61,440 nucleotides of DNA from Acidimicrobiia bacterium (GTDB lineage Bacteria; Actinomycetota; Acidimicrobiia; Spongiisociales; UBA11373), in NCBI GenBank assembly GCA_040878325.1, contig JBBDMM010000013.1, forward strand, positions 1 through 61,440, given 5' to 3'. The number at the start of each line of letters is the position of its first letter. Position 1 is the first letter of the stretch. Shown piece by piece: positions 18,764-28,584 of the stretch. A program made the position numbers and the translations under genes. The notes beneath the pieces were generated by a model. It ran no database searches. It was not told the DNA's origin and saw only the letters and a program-made list of their open reading frames with translations.

Positions 18764-19542
18764 GACAGCCACCGCTTCTTGCGCCGGTAGTGCTTCACTT
18801 CCGCGAAGGACTTCACGTCCTCGCCGTGCAGTCCGAGGTAGAACTCCCTCACGTCTTCATCTTCGAGGAGTTCGGCTGCCGGCTTATCCATGACGACCTT
18901 GCCGGTTTCGAGGATGTAGCCGTGGTCGGCGATCGACAGTGCCATCGTGGCATTCTGCTCCACGAGCAGCACGCCTGTCCCTTGTCGGTTGATCTCAACG
19001 ATGATGTCGCGGATCTGTTGAACGAGCAGGGGGGCGAGCCCAAGGCTTGGCTCATCGAGAAGCAGGAACCGGGGGCTGGCCATGAGTGCCCGCCCGATCG
19101 CCAGCATCTGTTGCTGGCCACCGCTCAAATAGCCGGCCGTGAACTTCGGTCGCTCCTGCAGCGTCGGGAAGAGGTCGAACACCCGCGCAAGGTTCGCGTC
19201 CGCCTGCTTGCGGGCGGTATGCGCCCCGAGGCGCAGGTTCTCCTCAACGGTCATCTCGGCCAAGACCCTGCGGCCCTCGAGGGCTTGCCCGATGCCGATC
19301 TTGACGATCTTGGCCGCAGAAAAATGGTCGATCCGCTGACCGTCGAGGCTGATCTCCCCCTTGGTGAGATCGCCGTTGTGGACGTCGAGCAAGCCGCTGA
19401 TCGCTCGCAGGGTGGTCGTCTTGCCGGCGCCGTTGGCACCGAGCAGCGCGACGATCTTGCCATCGGGTACCTCGAGCGAAAGACCGCGCAGCACGAGGAT
19501 CACATCGCTGTAGACGACCTCGACGTTCTTAAGCGCCAGCAC
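18760..19542 (-). CDS. ABC ATP-binding protein (LivF-like)
   Basis: GANGAGKTT, LSGGQQQMLAIGRALM and LLVEQNA. Confidence 0.94.
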   Translation of the reverse strand: MLALKNVEVVYSDVILVLRGLSLEVPDGKIVALLGANGAGKTTTLRAISGLLDVHNGDLTKGEISLDGQRIDHFSAAKIVKIGIGQALEGRRVLAEMTVEENLRLGAHTARKQADANLARVFDLFPTLQERPKFTAGYLSGGQQQMLAIGRALMASPRFLLLDEPSLGLAPLLVQQIRDIIVEINRQGTGVLLVEQNATMALSIADHGYILETGKVVMDKPAAELLEDEDVREFYLGLHGEDVKSFAEVKHYRRKKRWLS

Positions 19543-19640
19543 GATGTGTCGGTCCTCCGGCCGTTGGCGCAGAGAGGCTAGTGATTGGTCGGCCGCCTCG
19601 CCGGGGAGACGAGAGGTCTACGGTCTACCACCCCAGCGAA

Positions 19641-20087
19641 CTACCCGCTCCCCTCTTGTACCCACTCCGCTCCGCCTGGCCAGTATTCCTTTTTCCAGAT
19701 GGGGGCTCGGGACTTGAGTTCGTCGATCACGTGGCGAGCGGCGGCAAATGCCTCGGGTCGATGTGGCGCAGAAACCGCCACTCCCACCGAATCCTCGCCA
19801 ACCTGGACGGTCCCCACCCGATGGGCTGCCGCAATCGAACCGAATGCCCATTGCGCCCGGGTCTCGGTGATGATCTCGAGGATCTTGGCCTCGACCACCT
19901 CGCGGTAGGCCTCGTACTCGAGGTGGGTCACCCCCTCGCGTCGGTCGGAATGGTCACGGACGGAGCCGAGAAACAGCACGATCGCCCCCGCATCGGGCCG
20001 ACGCACCGCGTCGAGCAGCGCGGACGGGTCGAGCGGCGATTCCGTCACCGAGACCAGATCGTGATGGGTTAGGTCGCCTGCGTCCAT
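19641..20087 (-). CDS. moaE: Molybdopterin synthase catalytic subunit
   Basis: GAIVLFLGSVRDH, LEYEAY, HRVG, SAPHR and PIWKKE. GGAGG RBS before ATG 20087. Confidence 0.93.
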   Translation of the reverse strand: MDAGDLTHHDLVSVTESPLDPSALLDAVRRPDAGAIVLFLGSVRDHSDRREGVTHLEYEAYREVVEAKILEIITETRAQWAFGSIAAAHRVGTVQVGEDSVGVAVSAPHRPEAFAAARHVIDELKSRAPIWKKEYWPGGAEWVQEGSG

Positions 20088-20100
20088 AGAATCGACCTCC

Positions 20101-21399
20101 ATGGCCGACACTACCCCTCCAACGGGTGCCCGCCCCGAGGACGGCCTCCCCCCATCGGAACTCGCTCCGCCACCTCCGTGGTCGAAGGATCTCGGGTTCG
20201 ATCCGCAGCCGACCGAGGGCCAGCCAGTTGACGAGTGGCTCGCCGGAGACCCCTACCCGACGGTGGCGGTCGAGGTGCTTCGGCCCATCGCACTGCCGAC
20301 CCGACGACGGTGGTTGGCTCGCACCGGGCGGACCGCCGCGCTGGTGGCGGTCGCGGCGTTCGCCGGCGCGGCCGCCGCCCTGGGGGTTTCCTTCGTGCTC
20401 GACGAGGAACCGACGCCACCCGGGGTGACCGTCGTCGAGCGGGTGGAGACGCGGGTGGTGACCCCGGACGAGGGCCTTTCGGTGGTCGCCGCCGTCGCCC
20501 GCCAGGTACTCCCATCGATCGTCTCGGTCGAGGTGAGCTTGGAGACCGGCGACGCCTTCGTGATCAGCGGTAGGGGCTCCGGGGTCGTCTACGACACCGC
20601 GGGCCATCTGGTGACCAACGCCCATGTGGTCGCTGACGGTCAACAGTTCCGGGCGGTCTTCGCCGATGGCCGCACCTATGTCGCGATTCTTGTCGGTGCG
20701 GATCCACTCACGGATGTGGCCGTCCTCCGGATCGATGCCTTCGGACTGACCCCGATCGCCATCGGGTCGGCACAGGATTCCTCCATCGGCGACCTGGCAA
20801 TCGCCATCGGCAACCCGCTGGGGCTGGAAGGCGGGCCCTCGGTGACGACCGGGGTGCTCTCGGCCTTCGATCGCCGGATCGTGACGGGGGTCGAGAGCGA
20901 GCTGTTCGGGATGCTGCAGACCGACGCTCCCATCACCCGGGGATCGAGCGGTGGCGCGCTGGTGGACGATGCTGGCCGTCTTCTGGGCATCACTACGGCA
21001 TTCGGAGTGAGCGATGTGGGCCAGGAGGGCCTCGGATTCGCGGTTCCGGTGGAACTGGTGGTCCGGGTCGCCGACGACCTCATCGCCGATGGAGTGGCTT
21101 CTCACACCTTCCTGGGCATCAGCGGTTCGACCCGGTTCGAGGTTCTCGCGGACGGAGCCCTGGCCCCGGCGGGGGTGAGGGTCGCCCAGGTGATCGACGG
21201 CACCGCGGCGGATCTCGGCGGCATCGAGGGCGGCGACATCATCCTCTCGGTCGACGGCGAAGCGGTCTCCACCCTTGATGGCTTGGTGATCCGGCTCAGA
21301 GTCTTCCGGGTCGGCGACTCGGTGACGATCGCCATCCTGCGCGGATCCGAACCCCTCGAGCTGCCGGTGACGCTGCTCGAACGCCCGGCGGACCTGTGA
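20101..21399 (+). CDS. HtrA/DegP trypsin-like serine protease with PDZ domain
   Basis: TM segment, GSGVV, TNAHVV, DVAVLR, QTDAPITRGSSGG and a C-terminal PDZ. Confidence 0.93.
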   Translation: MADTTPPTGARPEDGLPPSELAPPPPWSKDLGFDPQPTEGQPVDEWLAGDPYPTVAVEVLRPIALPTRRRWLARTGRTAALVAVAAFAGAAAALGVSFVLDEEPTPPGVTVVERVETRVVTPDEGLSVVAAVARQVLPSIVSVEVSLETGDAFVISGRGSGVVYDTAGHLVTNAHVVADGQQFRAVFADGRTYVAILVGADPLTDVAVLRIDAFGLTPIAIGSAQDSSIGDLAIAIGNPLGLEGGPSVTTGVLSAFDRRIVTGVESELFGMLQTDAPITRGSSGGALVDDAGRLLGITTAFGVSDVGQEGLGFAVPVELVVRVADDLIADGVASHTFLGISGSTRFEVLADGALAPAGVRVAQVIDGTAADLGGIEGGDIILSVDGEAVSTLDGLVIRLRVFRVGDSVTIAILRGSEPLELPVTLLERPADL

Positions 21400-22463
21400 C
21401 CGACAACATATTCGACCGCCTCGCCGACCTGCTTCGATCGAGCGGCCCCGTCAACTGGCGCCTGGCCAGGGAGATCTCCGAGAGCATCGCCGGACCGGCC
21501 GAGCCCATCGATCCATGGCTCGAGGAGGAGTATCGGGACCTGGCTGCGACGGCGGCGCGGATGGTCGACCTGGGTTCGCCGCTCGACCCCTCCCTGGGGG
21601 AAACCGAGGCGCGGATCGTCGATCGCCGCGGCTGGGCGCATGCGAACATCGAGTCCCTCGCATATCTCGCGGAGCCGCTCGCCGACAAGCTTGCCTCCGA
21701 TGCCGGCTCGCCGCTTCAGCCACTCGGCCCGGCTCTCCTCGGAATGCAGATGGGCGCCACGATTGGATTCAGTGCCCAGACCGTCCTCGGTCAGTTCGAC
21801 CTCGGTCTGCCGGGCAACTTCCCCACCGGACCGACATTTGTCGTTCCCAACATCGAAGCCTTCGCGGACGATTCGGCTCTGGATGCCCGCGAGACACGGC
21901 TGTGGGTCGCCCTCCACGAGGTGACCCACCACGCCGCTTTCGCGGTGCCGTGGCTCCGAGAGCACGTGATGATGCTCGCCCACACCTTCGTCGAAAGCCT
22001 GGAGTTCGACAGCGAAGGGATCGAGCGGCGGATCGAGGCAATGCAGGACCCGGAGGTGCTGCAGAGAATGATGAGCGAACCGACCGGCCTCGCCGGCCTG
22101 CTGTCACCCGACGACGACGGCGAAGCGATCGGCCGGATGCGCGGCGTCCTCGCCGTGGTCGAGGGATATGCGGATCACCTCGTGAGAAAGACCGCAGGCA
22201 CGATGATCCCCGGCGCGTCCCGCCTGCGCGATGCCATCGATTTGCGGCGGGCCGAGGCATCCCAGGGTGAACAGTTGCTCCACCAGGCGGTTGCCCTGAA
22301 CCTGCGGCACGCCGACTATCGGCGGGGTGACGAGTTCTGCGCCGAGGTGGTGAGACGGTGGGGAGAAGACGCCCTGGATCGAATCTGGGAAGGGCCCGAG
22401 ATGGTCCCCACCGAAGGCGACCTCACCGACCCGGTGGGTTGGGCAGCCCGGGTCCTGCTCTAG
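21396..22463 (+). CDS. Zinc-dependent metalloprotease (DUF2342-like)
   Basis: GPVNWRLA, VLGQFDLGLP, LHEVTH (HExxH) and VEGYADH. Confidence 0.9.
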   Translation: MTDNIFDRLADLLRSSGPVNWRLAREISESIAGPAEPIDPWLEEEYRDLAATAARMVDLGSPLDPSLGETEARIVDRRGWAHANIESLAYLAEPLADKLASDAGSPLQPLGPALLGMQMGATIGFSAQTVLGQFDLGLPGNFPTGPTFVVPNIEAFADDSALDARETRLWVALHEVTHHAAFAVPWLREHVMMLAHTFVESLEFDSEGIERRIEAMQDPEVLQRMMSEPTGLAGLLSPDDDGEAIGRMRGVLAVVEGYADHLVRKTAGTMIPGASRLRDAIDLRRAEASQGEQLLHQAVALNLRHADYRRGDEFCAEVVRRWGEDALDRIWEGPEMVPTEGDLTDPVGWAARVLL

Positions 22464-22499
22464 AAATCAGCAAGCGGGCGACCGAGCCGAATTGCGACC

Positions 22500-24078
22500 T
22501 CAGGCCGTCTCCGCCAATGCCGCGACCGAAGCCGACGGCAACTCGAGTACGAACTGGGTCTCGTCGCCGACACGGGCGTAATTCAGTTCGCCGCCCATGA
22601 GGCGTGCCAGGCGCTGCGATACGGCGAGCCCGAGACCGATCGAGCCGGGCTGACGGGCCGACGACTCGCCGCCGCTGAAGAAGGCATCGAACATGCGGGC
22701 CACGGTGCGGTCGGGAATCTCACTTCCGCGGTCGGCGACCACGATCCGCACCCTGCCCCCTCGCGATTCGGCCCGCACCTCGACCGGCGCGCTCCCGTAC
22801 CGAATCGCGTTCCCGACGAGATTCCTGACGACCTGACGTACTCGCGCCGCATCCGCCAGAACCAGCAGGCCCGGTGGCACACCGACCAAGACCCCGCTCG
22901 GACCACCGCCAGTGACCGAGGTGACAGCGACCTCGACGGTCGACCGGACATCGAACACATCCCGCTTAACCACCAGTTCCTGATTGTCGAGCCGCGCCGC
23001 CGTCAGCAGGTCATCCACGATCCCGGCGATGTCGCGCGCCTGGCCGGCGGCCAGGCTCAACAATTCAGCCTGTTCTCCAGCGTCGTCTCCAGTTTGGAGC
23101 AACTCGAGAAATCCGATTACGGCGGTAAGAGGTGTCCTGAGCTCGTGGCTGACCGCGCCAATCAGCTCCGACTTCGACCTCACCAGGGCCTCCAACTCCT
23201 CGAGGTTGCGGCGCTGGTCGGTTACGTCCTGTAACTCACCTTCGAAGAACACGATCTTGCCGTGCTCGTCGGTGACGGGGCGGGTGTGGTCGCGAAGCCA
23301 GATGGTGGATCCGTCGGGTCGTCGGAACCGGATGTCGGTGGTGACGGCATCAAGCCGATCTCCAATCGCGTTGCGTAGACGGTTGAAGTCCTCGCGATCG
23401 AAGAAAAACTCCTGGGCGAGACGGCCGATGCTGCTCTCGGGGAACGCCGACCAGATCGGCGAGCGCTGGGTTCCCGTCAAGGAGCTCACCCGCAAGACCG
23501 GTCCGATAGAGGCCGACCGGTACCCGATCGAACAGTTGACGGTACGAAGCATGCTCAGCGCGCAGCCGACCCACGATGTGGTGGAGGAGAAGCCACGTCA
23601 CGAACGCACCGGGCAGAAGGATCCCGGCAGTCGCCAACCCAGCCCAGCCACCGCTCGCGACGACCAAAGTGACGGTGTGAGCCGAAAACGTCGCGAGGGC
23701 GGCGAGCATCGTCCATCGCGACGGCTCGACGATGGTGAAGAGCGGGAGGGCGAACATCACCGCGGCCGCCACCACGGCGATGACCGAGTCGGCAGGTCCG
23801 AACGGCGCAGCCACCGCCACCCCGACCGCGATTGCGACGGTCAACAGTTCGATGTCGGTCCTCTTGAGAAGCACCTCGACCAAGAGCAACGACCCGATCA
23901 CCAGACCGAGCACGACCCATGCCAGAAGTGCGTTGTCCCCGGTGATCAGTGCGAGGATCGCGATGAGCGCGGTCATGACGGGAACCGCCACAGCGCCCAG
24001 CACCACCGCCCGGCGCAAGAGCGGAGCGGAGCCGGTGGTTACGACCGGGGACCGGAGGGGCCCGGTCGAAGAAGGCAT
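22500..24078 (-). pseudogene. Membrane PAS-domain sensor histidine kinase, frameshifted near 23431 (pseudogene or assembly indel)
   Basis: The TM helices and PAS start (YRQLFDRVPVGLYRT...GVPREQ) are in one frame. The rest of the PAS domain, SHELRTPL, NLVGNAIRYG and GLGL are in another frame. Confidence 0.85.
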
Positions 24079-24082
24079 GGGG

Positions 24083-24114
24083 TTGCTATCGGAAGCGCCC
24101 AGCGCCCCCTTGAG
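24083..24114 (-). promoter_or_regulatory. Sigma28 (FliA/WhiG)-type promoter
   Basis: Minus strand CTCAAG-N15-TCCGATAG, 7 nt before the kinase ATG. The same motif lies upstream of cheA. Confidence 0.65.
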
Positions 24115-24193
24115 GAAGGTGGGTGCCGACGAATCCTGCCCCCGCTCCGATCGGTACCATCGCCGACACCCGTCGAGGAAAGGCTTCAGACCC

Positions 24194-24652
24194 ATGGCTG
24201 CTGAGATCGGCTCTCCGGCTCCCGACTTCTCCCTGCGCAACTTCGACGGAGAGTTCGTCTCCCTCGGCGATCTGAAGGGACGGAAGTCCCTCATCGTCTT
24301 CATTCCTTTCCCGTTCACGGGGACCTGCGAGGGTGAACTGTGCGCCATTCGTGACCGGCTGGCCGACCTCGAGAACCTCGACGCCAATGTCATTGCCATC
24401 ACGACGGATACGGTCTTCGCCCACAAGGTGTGGGCCGAGCAGAACAACTTCGGGTTCCCCGTCCTATCGGACTTCTGGCCTCACGGGGCGGTGACCACGG
24501 CCTATGGGACTTTCGACGAGCGGGTGGGGGCGGCCAACCGCAGCAGCTACGTCCTCGACGAAGAAGGCATCGTCCGCGCGATCATCGCCACCGAGACCCG
24601 CAAAGTGGCCCGCGAGTTCGAGGACTACGTAGAGGCGCTGGCTTCTTTCTGA
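24194..24652 (+). CDS. Peroxiredoxin (AhpE-like)
   Basis: PFPFTGTCEGELC, LSDFWPHGAV and ANRSSYVLD. Confidence 0.92.
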   Translation: MAAEIGSPAPDFSLRNFDGEFVSLGDLKGRKSLIVFIPFPFTGTCEGELCAIRDRLADLENLDANVIAITTDTVFAHKVWAEQNNFGFPVLSDFWPHGAVTTAYGTFDERVGAANRSSYVLDEEGIVRAIIATETRKVAREFEDYVEALASF

Positions 24653-24694
24653 CAAAGACCCTGCGACCCGGACCGACCATAGGATCTGCCGATC

Positions 24695-25204
24695 ATGGGT
24701 TCTGATCTTCTCTCGACCCTCGACTTCGGCAGGCGTGAACAGCCCGCCGCAGACACCGAACTGCGCGTGCAGCTCACTGAATGGCTCGGCTACCAACGGC
24801 ACGAGTTCAACCGGAAACTCCGCGACCTGACGCCCACTGGGCTCGTTGCCTGGTCGATACCGCCGGTCGAACTCTCGGTCCTCGGCCTGCTCAGGCACCT
24901 GACCCAGATGGAGCACGTGTTCCTGTCGTGGGGGCTTGCCGGCGGAACCCGGTTGGACCACTACGGGGACGACGACTACGCGGGTGGATCGGTGGAGACC
25001 ATCGACACCGACCTCAAGCTCTACCTGGACGAAGTGGAGAAGGCCGACATTGCGATAGGCGCCATGTCCGATCTGGACGCGGTCGGCGCGGGCCACGGAC
25101 GGCCGCTCGGTGCCGTGCTGATCAAGATGATCGACGAGTACGCCCTGCACAGCGGCCAGGCCCACATGCTGAGGTACGCCGCCCTCGGCAAGATCATCCG
25201 CTGA
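24695..25204 (+). CDS. DinB/DUF664 family protein
   Basis: LSVLGLLRHLTQMEHVF and MIDEYALHSGQAHML. Confidence 0.85.
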   Translation: MGSDLLSTLDFGRREQPAADTELRVQLTEWLGYQRHEFNRKLRDLTPTGLVAWSIPPVELSVLGLLRHLTQMEHVFLSWGLAGGTRLDHYGDDDYAGGSVETIDTDLKLYLDEVEKADIAIGAMSDLDAVGAGHGRPLGAVLIKMIDEYALHSGQAHMLRYAALGKIIR

Positions 25205-25231
25205 GCAGGGTCTCGATCGCGGGACCGTTTC

Positions 25232-25254
25232 TTGTCATACCGGGGCGATACGTT
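25232..25254 (+). promoter_or_regulatory. RecA-NDp/PafBC-like DNA-damage promoter
   Basis: tTGTCAT-N10-TA-N3-T, 6 nt before ATG 25261. Confidence 0.55.
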
Positions 25255-25260
25255 TGAGCC

Positions 25261-26371
25261 ATGTTGGAAACCCTTCAAGCACCTGCGACCGATACGCCGT
25301 TGCTTTCGGACGATGAACTTCTCGCCGCTTTCGAGCAGGGATGGATCGAACACCGGCGCATCGAAGCCCGCAACGCCGCGTTGTTGGCCGAGATCGATCG
25401 ACGGCGCGCCTACCAGCCATACGGCTACCTGTCGACCACCGCCTATGTTGCCCATGCCACCTCTGAGTCCCAGCAGGCAGCCGCCGGTGAGGTCCGGGTC
25501 GCCCGGGGCCCTCACCGAGATGCCCGCAACCGCAGCCGCCTTCACCGAGGGTGATATCGACCGGACCCGGGTCCGTCGCCTGATCAAAGCCTGGGAGACC
25601 GCTCCGCAACCGTTCGCCCGTGCCGAATCGATGCTGGTAGACAAGGCCCGCAGCCTCGACGCGGCAGGTTTCACCATCGCCGTCGAAATGTGGCGACGGG
25701 GAACCGAACCCGAGATCGCCGCCGAAGAAGAACGCCAACGATTCGCCCGCCGACGCCTGACGATCCGGGAACGCTTCGATGGGATGATCGAACTCGAAGC
25801 CCTCCTCGACGTCGTCTCCGGCGAAACCATCCGCACCGCCATCGAATCTCTCGCCAGTCCCGCCAACCGCAGCAGCTACGACGAGCGGACCCCCACCCAG
25901 AACCGCGCCGACGCCCTTTCGGAGATCTGCCGCAACCACCTCGACACCGGCACCGCCCCCACCCAGGGGGGCCGCAAACCCCACCTCAACATCCTCGTCG
26001 ACCTTGACACCCTCCACGGACCCACCCGCCGCTCCGAAATCGGCCACGGAAGACTCCTCGGACCAGCGGGCATCGAGTTCCTCGCCTGCGACTCCACCGT
26101 CTGCCGCGTCGTCGGCGACGGCCCCGGTCACATTCTCGACATGGGAAGAAGCGTCCGCACCGCAACCCCCGCCCAACTACAGGCACTCGCCATCCGCGAC
26201 GGCGGCTGCGTCATCCCCGGATGCGGACGCCCACCTGCTTGGTGCGACGCCCACCACCTCATCGCATGGATCGAAGGCGGCTTCACCAACATCGACGAAA
26301 TGTGCCTCCTCTGCCGACCACACCACCTCGCCCTCCACCTCGGCGCGATTCAGTTACCCCAGTTGGAGTGA
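25261..26371 (+). pseudogene. DUF222 + HNH endonuclease (REP13E12-like), frameshifted in the G-run at 25505-25508
   Basis: The N-terminus (LLAEIDRRRAY...EVRVAR) and the continuation (ALTEMPATAAAF...QNRADAL...RDGGCVIPGC...CDAHH...LLCRPHH) are in different frames. Confidence 0.85.
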
Positions 26372-26391
26372 CCGCGGCCGGCGGTCACTCC
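26365..26391. terminator. Hairpin at the end of the HNH gene
   Basis: GGAGTGACCGC-N5-GCGGTCACTCC overlapping the stop codon. Confidence 0.5.
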
Positions 26392-26492
26392 CTACGGTTC
26401 AGAAATATCAGAAACCACCCGCCGACCTCTGCTGATTGATGCCGTCTGGCGACATTCGCCGCACCCTCAGGAACGGCACCGTGCTCCGACAC

Positions 26493-27161
26493 CTACCCCG
26501 TCAGCCGATACCCCACCCCTCGCACTGTTTCGATCCGGGGGGCGCCTTCGGAGGATTCGAGGCGGCGGCGGAGCCTTCTGATGTGCTGGTCGAGGGTGCG
26601 GGTCTCCCCGACCCAGGTGTAGCCCCACACCCGGTCGAGGAACTCGTCGCGAGGCACCACCCTGCCCGGTTGGTCCATCAGGAGTTCCAGCACCTCGAAC
26701 TCTTTCTTGGGGAGGTCGTGCTCGCCGTCCGGCAACCGCAGGCGCAGCGAGGCGCGGTCGAGTGTGGCCGTGCCGACCGAAATGGTGTCCGAGCCCGCGA
26801 TGGGTGACGATCTCCTCGCGGCTGCCCTCACCCGGGCCAACAGCTCTCGCAGCGAGTAGGGCTTCGTCACATAGTCGTCGGCCCCCAACTCGAGGGCGGT
26901 CACGATGTCGCTCTCATGGTCCTTGGCGGAAACCACCACCACCGGGACCACGGAGTCGCGCCTGATGGCCTTGAGCACGTCGAGGCCCGACATCCCCGGG
27001 AGCATGAGGTCGAGGAGCACGAAGTCGGGCTTGATCTTCCGAAAGGCGTCGAGCCCCTCCCGGCCGTCCATAGCGACCGTGACCTCATGGCCCTCACGAC
27101 CGAAGGCGATCTGTAGGGCCTCCACGAACGACGGCTCATCCTCGACTATCAGGATCTTCAC
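26493..27161 (-). CDS. regX3: OmpR/PhoB-family response regulator (RegX3-like)
   Basis: ILIVEDE, LLDLMLPG, GADDYVTKPYS and ETVRGVGYR. GTGA overlap with the kinase; next to the pst operon. Confidence 0.88.
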   Translation of the reverse strand: MKILIVEDEPSFVEALQIAFGREGHEVTVAMDGREGLDAFRKIKPDFVLLDLMLPGMSGLDVLKAIRRDSVVPVVVVSAKDHESDIVTALELGADDYVTKPYSLRELLARVRAAARRSSPIAGSDTISVGTATLDRASLRLRLPDGEHDLPKKEFEVLELLMDQPGRVVPRDEFLDRVWGYTWVGETRTLDQHIRRLRRRLESSEGAPRIETVRGVGYRLTG

Positions 27162-28390
27162 GCCGGCTGCCTCCATCGCGGCAGCGTCACCGTGAAGGTC
27201 GACCCGACCCCTTCAGTGGAGTCCACCGAAACCTCGCCTCGGTGGTTACGGGCGATGTGCCGCACGATCGACAGGCCCAGGCCGGTCCCTCCCGTCTCGC
27301 GGCTCCGGGCTCGATCCACCCGGTAGAAGCGCTCGAAGACCCTTTCGACATGTGCCTCGGGGATCCCGATCCCCCGGTCGGCCACCTCGATCACGATCAC
27401 GCCGTCCCGAGCCTCGGCCCCGATGGTCACCCTCGGGGAGCTGTTCGCGTCATCGGCGAACGAGTACTTGATCGCATTGTCGACGAGGTTCGACACCATC
27501 GTCCGCAACTGACGGGCATCGCCGGCAACCCGCAAAGTCGGGTCGACTGGCACCACCACCAGCTCGACCTGACGAGCCCGCGCCACTTCATCCAACTCCT
27601 CGACGACATCGCCAAGCAAGGCGGCAACCGCCACCGGATCGTCGTGAGCCGCGAGCGCCTCGGCTTGAGACAGGTCGAGGATGTCACCGACGAGGGTTGA
27701 GAGCCTGGTCGACTCGGCCTGGAGCCGCTCCGCCAACCGAACCGAGCCGGGGTCGGCGGACACACCGGCCGCCAGGGTCTCGGCAAGGACAGAGAGCGCC
27801 CCCAGGGGGGTCTTCAACTCGTGACCCACATTGGCGATGAAGTCGCGTCGCATCGCATCGACCCTCCGCTGTTCACTCACGTCCGACACGAACGCCACGC
27901 ACCCGGCGCTCTCGACTCCGAAGTCGAGGGGGATGGCGGTGACCTCCAGAGCCGTCCGCACCGGGCTGTACAGATCGAGTTCCATCTCGACCGCGGACCG
28001 CTCTCGCATCGCCCGCTCGATCGCCTCGCGAATCCTGACCTCGGCAACCGCCTGACCCAGACGCGCCCCGAAGTAGCGGGCCGCGGCGGGGTTGGCGGTG
28101 ACAATTACGCCGTGGTCATCGGTGATCACGATGCCGAGGGGCGCCGTCTGGATCGACCCGGCCAGCTGGGCTCGCTCCCGTTGCGCCTGCGCCGTCGATC
28201 GCTCCAGCCGACTGAGTCCAGCATCGAGCGCCTCCACCCGATGCCGCCGCCGGCTGGGAGAACCCGCCCCGATCCGCCGAATCGCGTCGTCCAGGGCCCG
28301 TCCGAGGCCCCTGCCCCGGAGCAACGCCCACAGAGCCAGAAGCAACCCAAGCGCGGCCACCACAGCCAGCACGATCGTGAGCGTGTCCAC
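27158..28390 (-). CDS. senX3: Sensor histidine kinase (SenX3/PhoR-like)
   Basis: RRDFIANVGHELKTPLGAL, NLVDNAIKYS and FYRVDRARSRETGGTGLGL. Confidence 0.88.
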   Translation of the reverse strand: MDTLTIVLAVVAALGLLLALWALLRGRGLGRALDDAIRRIGAGSPSRRRHRVEALDAGLSRLERSTAQAQRERAQLAGSIQTAPLGIVITDDHGVIVTANPAAARYFGARLGQAVAEVRIREAIERAMRERSAVEMELDLYSPVRTALEVTAIPLDFGVESAGCVAFVSDVSEQRRVDAMRRDFIANVGHELKTPLGALSVLAETLAAGVSADPGSVRLAERLQAESTRLSTLVGDILDLSQAEALAAHDDPVAVAALLGDVVEELDEVARARQVELVVVPVDPTLRVAGDARQLRTMVSNLVDNAIKYSFADDANSSPRVTIGAEARDGVIVIEVADRGIGIPEAHVERVFERFYRVDRARSRETGGTGLGLSIVRHIARNHRGEVSVDSTEGVGSTFTVTLPRWRQPA

Positions 28391-28406
28391 AGGGCCGAGG
28401 ATAAGG

Positions 28407-28461
28407 GGCCTCGCGTTCGCTCGGCCGCGATTGGCGGCTTCGCCGCCCATCGCGGGAGGCC
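28407..28461. repeat. Copy of the GGCCTCGC..CGCTCGGCC repeat element
   Basis: GGCCTCGCGTTCGCTCGGCCGCGATTGGCGGC followed by a hairpin. Confidence 0.65.
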
Positions 28462-28480
28462 GCCAGAGGCCGCCGACACT

Positions 28481-28502
28481 CTTCACTTCCAGTTCACATT
28501 CA
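28481..28502 (+). promoter_or_regulatory. PHO-box-like direct repeat
   Basis: cTTCACttcca-gTTCACattca, an 11-nt period, between senX3 and pstS. Confidence 0.55.
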
Positions 28503-28584
28503 CGCCCCGTCGGCGTCACCGGGGCTCTTTACGGTCGTTTCCGGCACCGACCGCGTCGGCCCATCAACCAGGAGGAACACCAGA

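Noticed and set aside
23732..24193. N-terminal extension of the peroxiredoxin ORF
   Set aside because: It overlaps the antisense kinase gene. Homology begins at MAAEIG (24194).
25495..25515. Programmed frameshifting in the HNH gene
   Set aside because: Only a G4 run with no slippery heptamer or stimulatory structure. An indel mutation or sequencing error is simpler.
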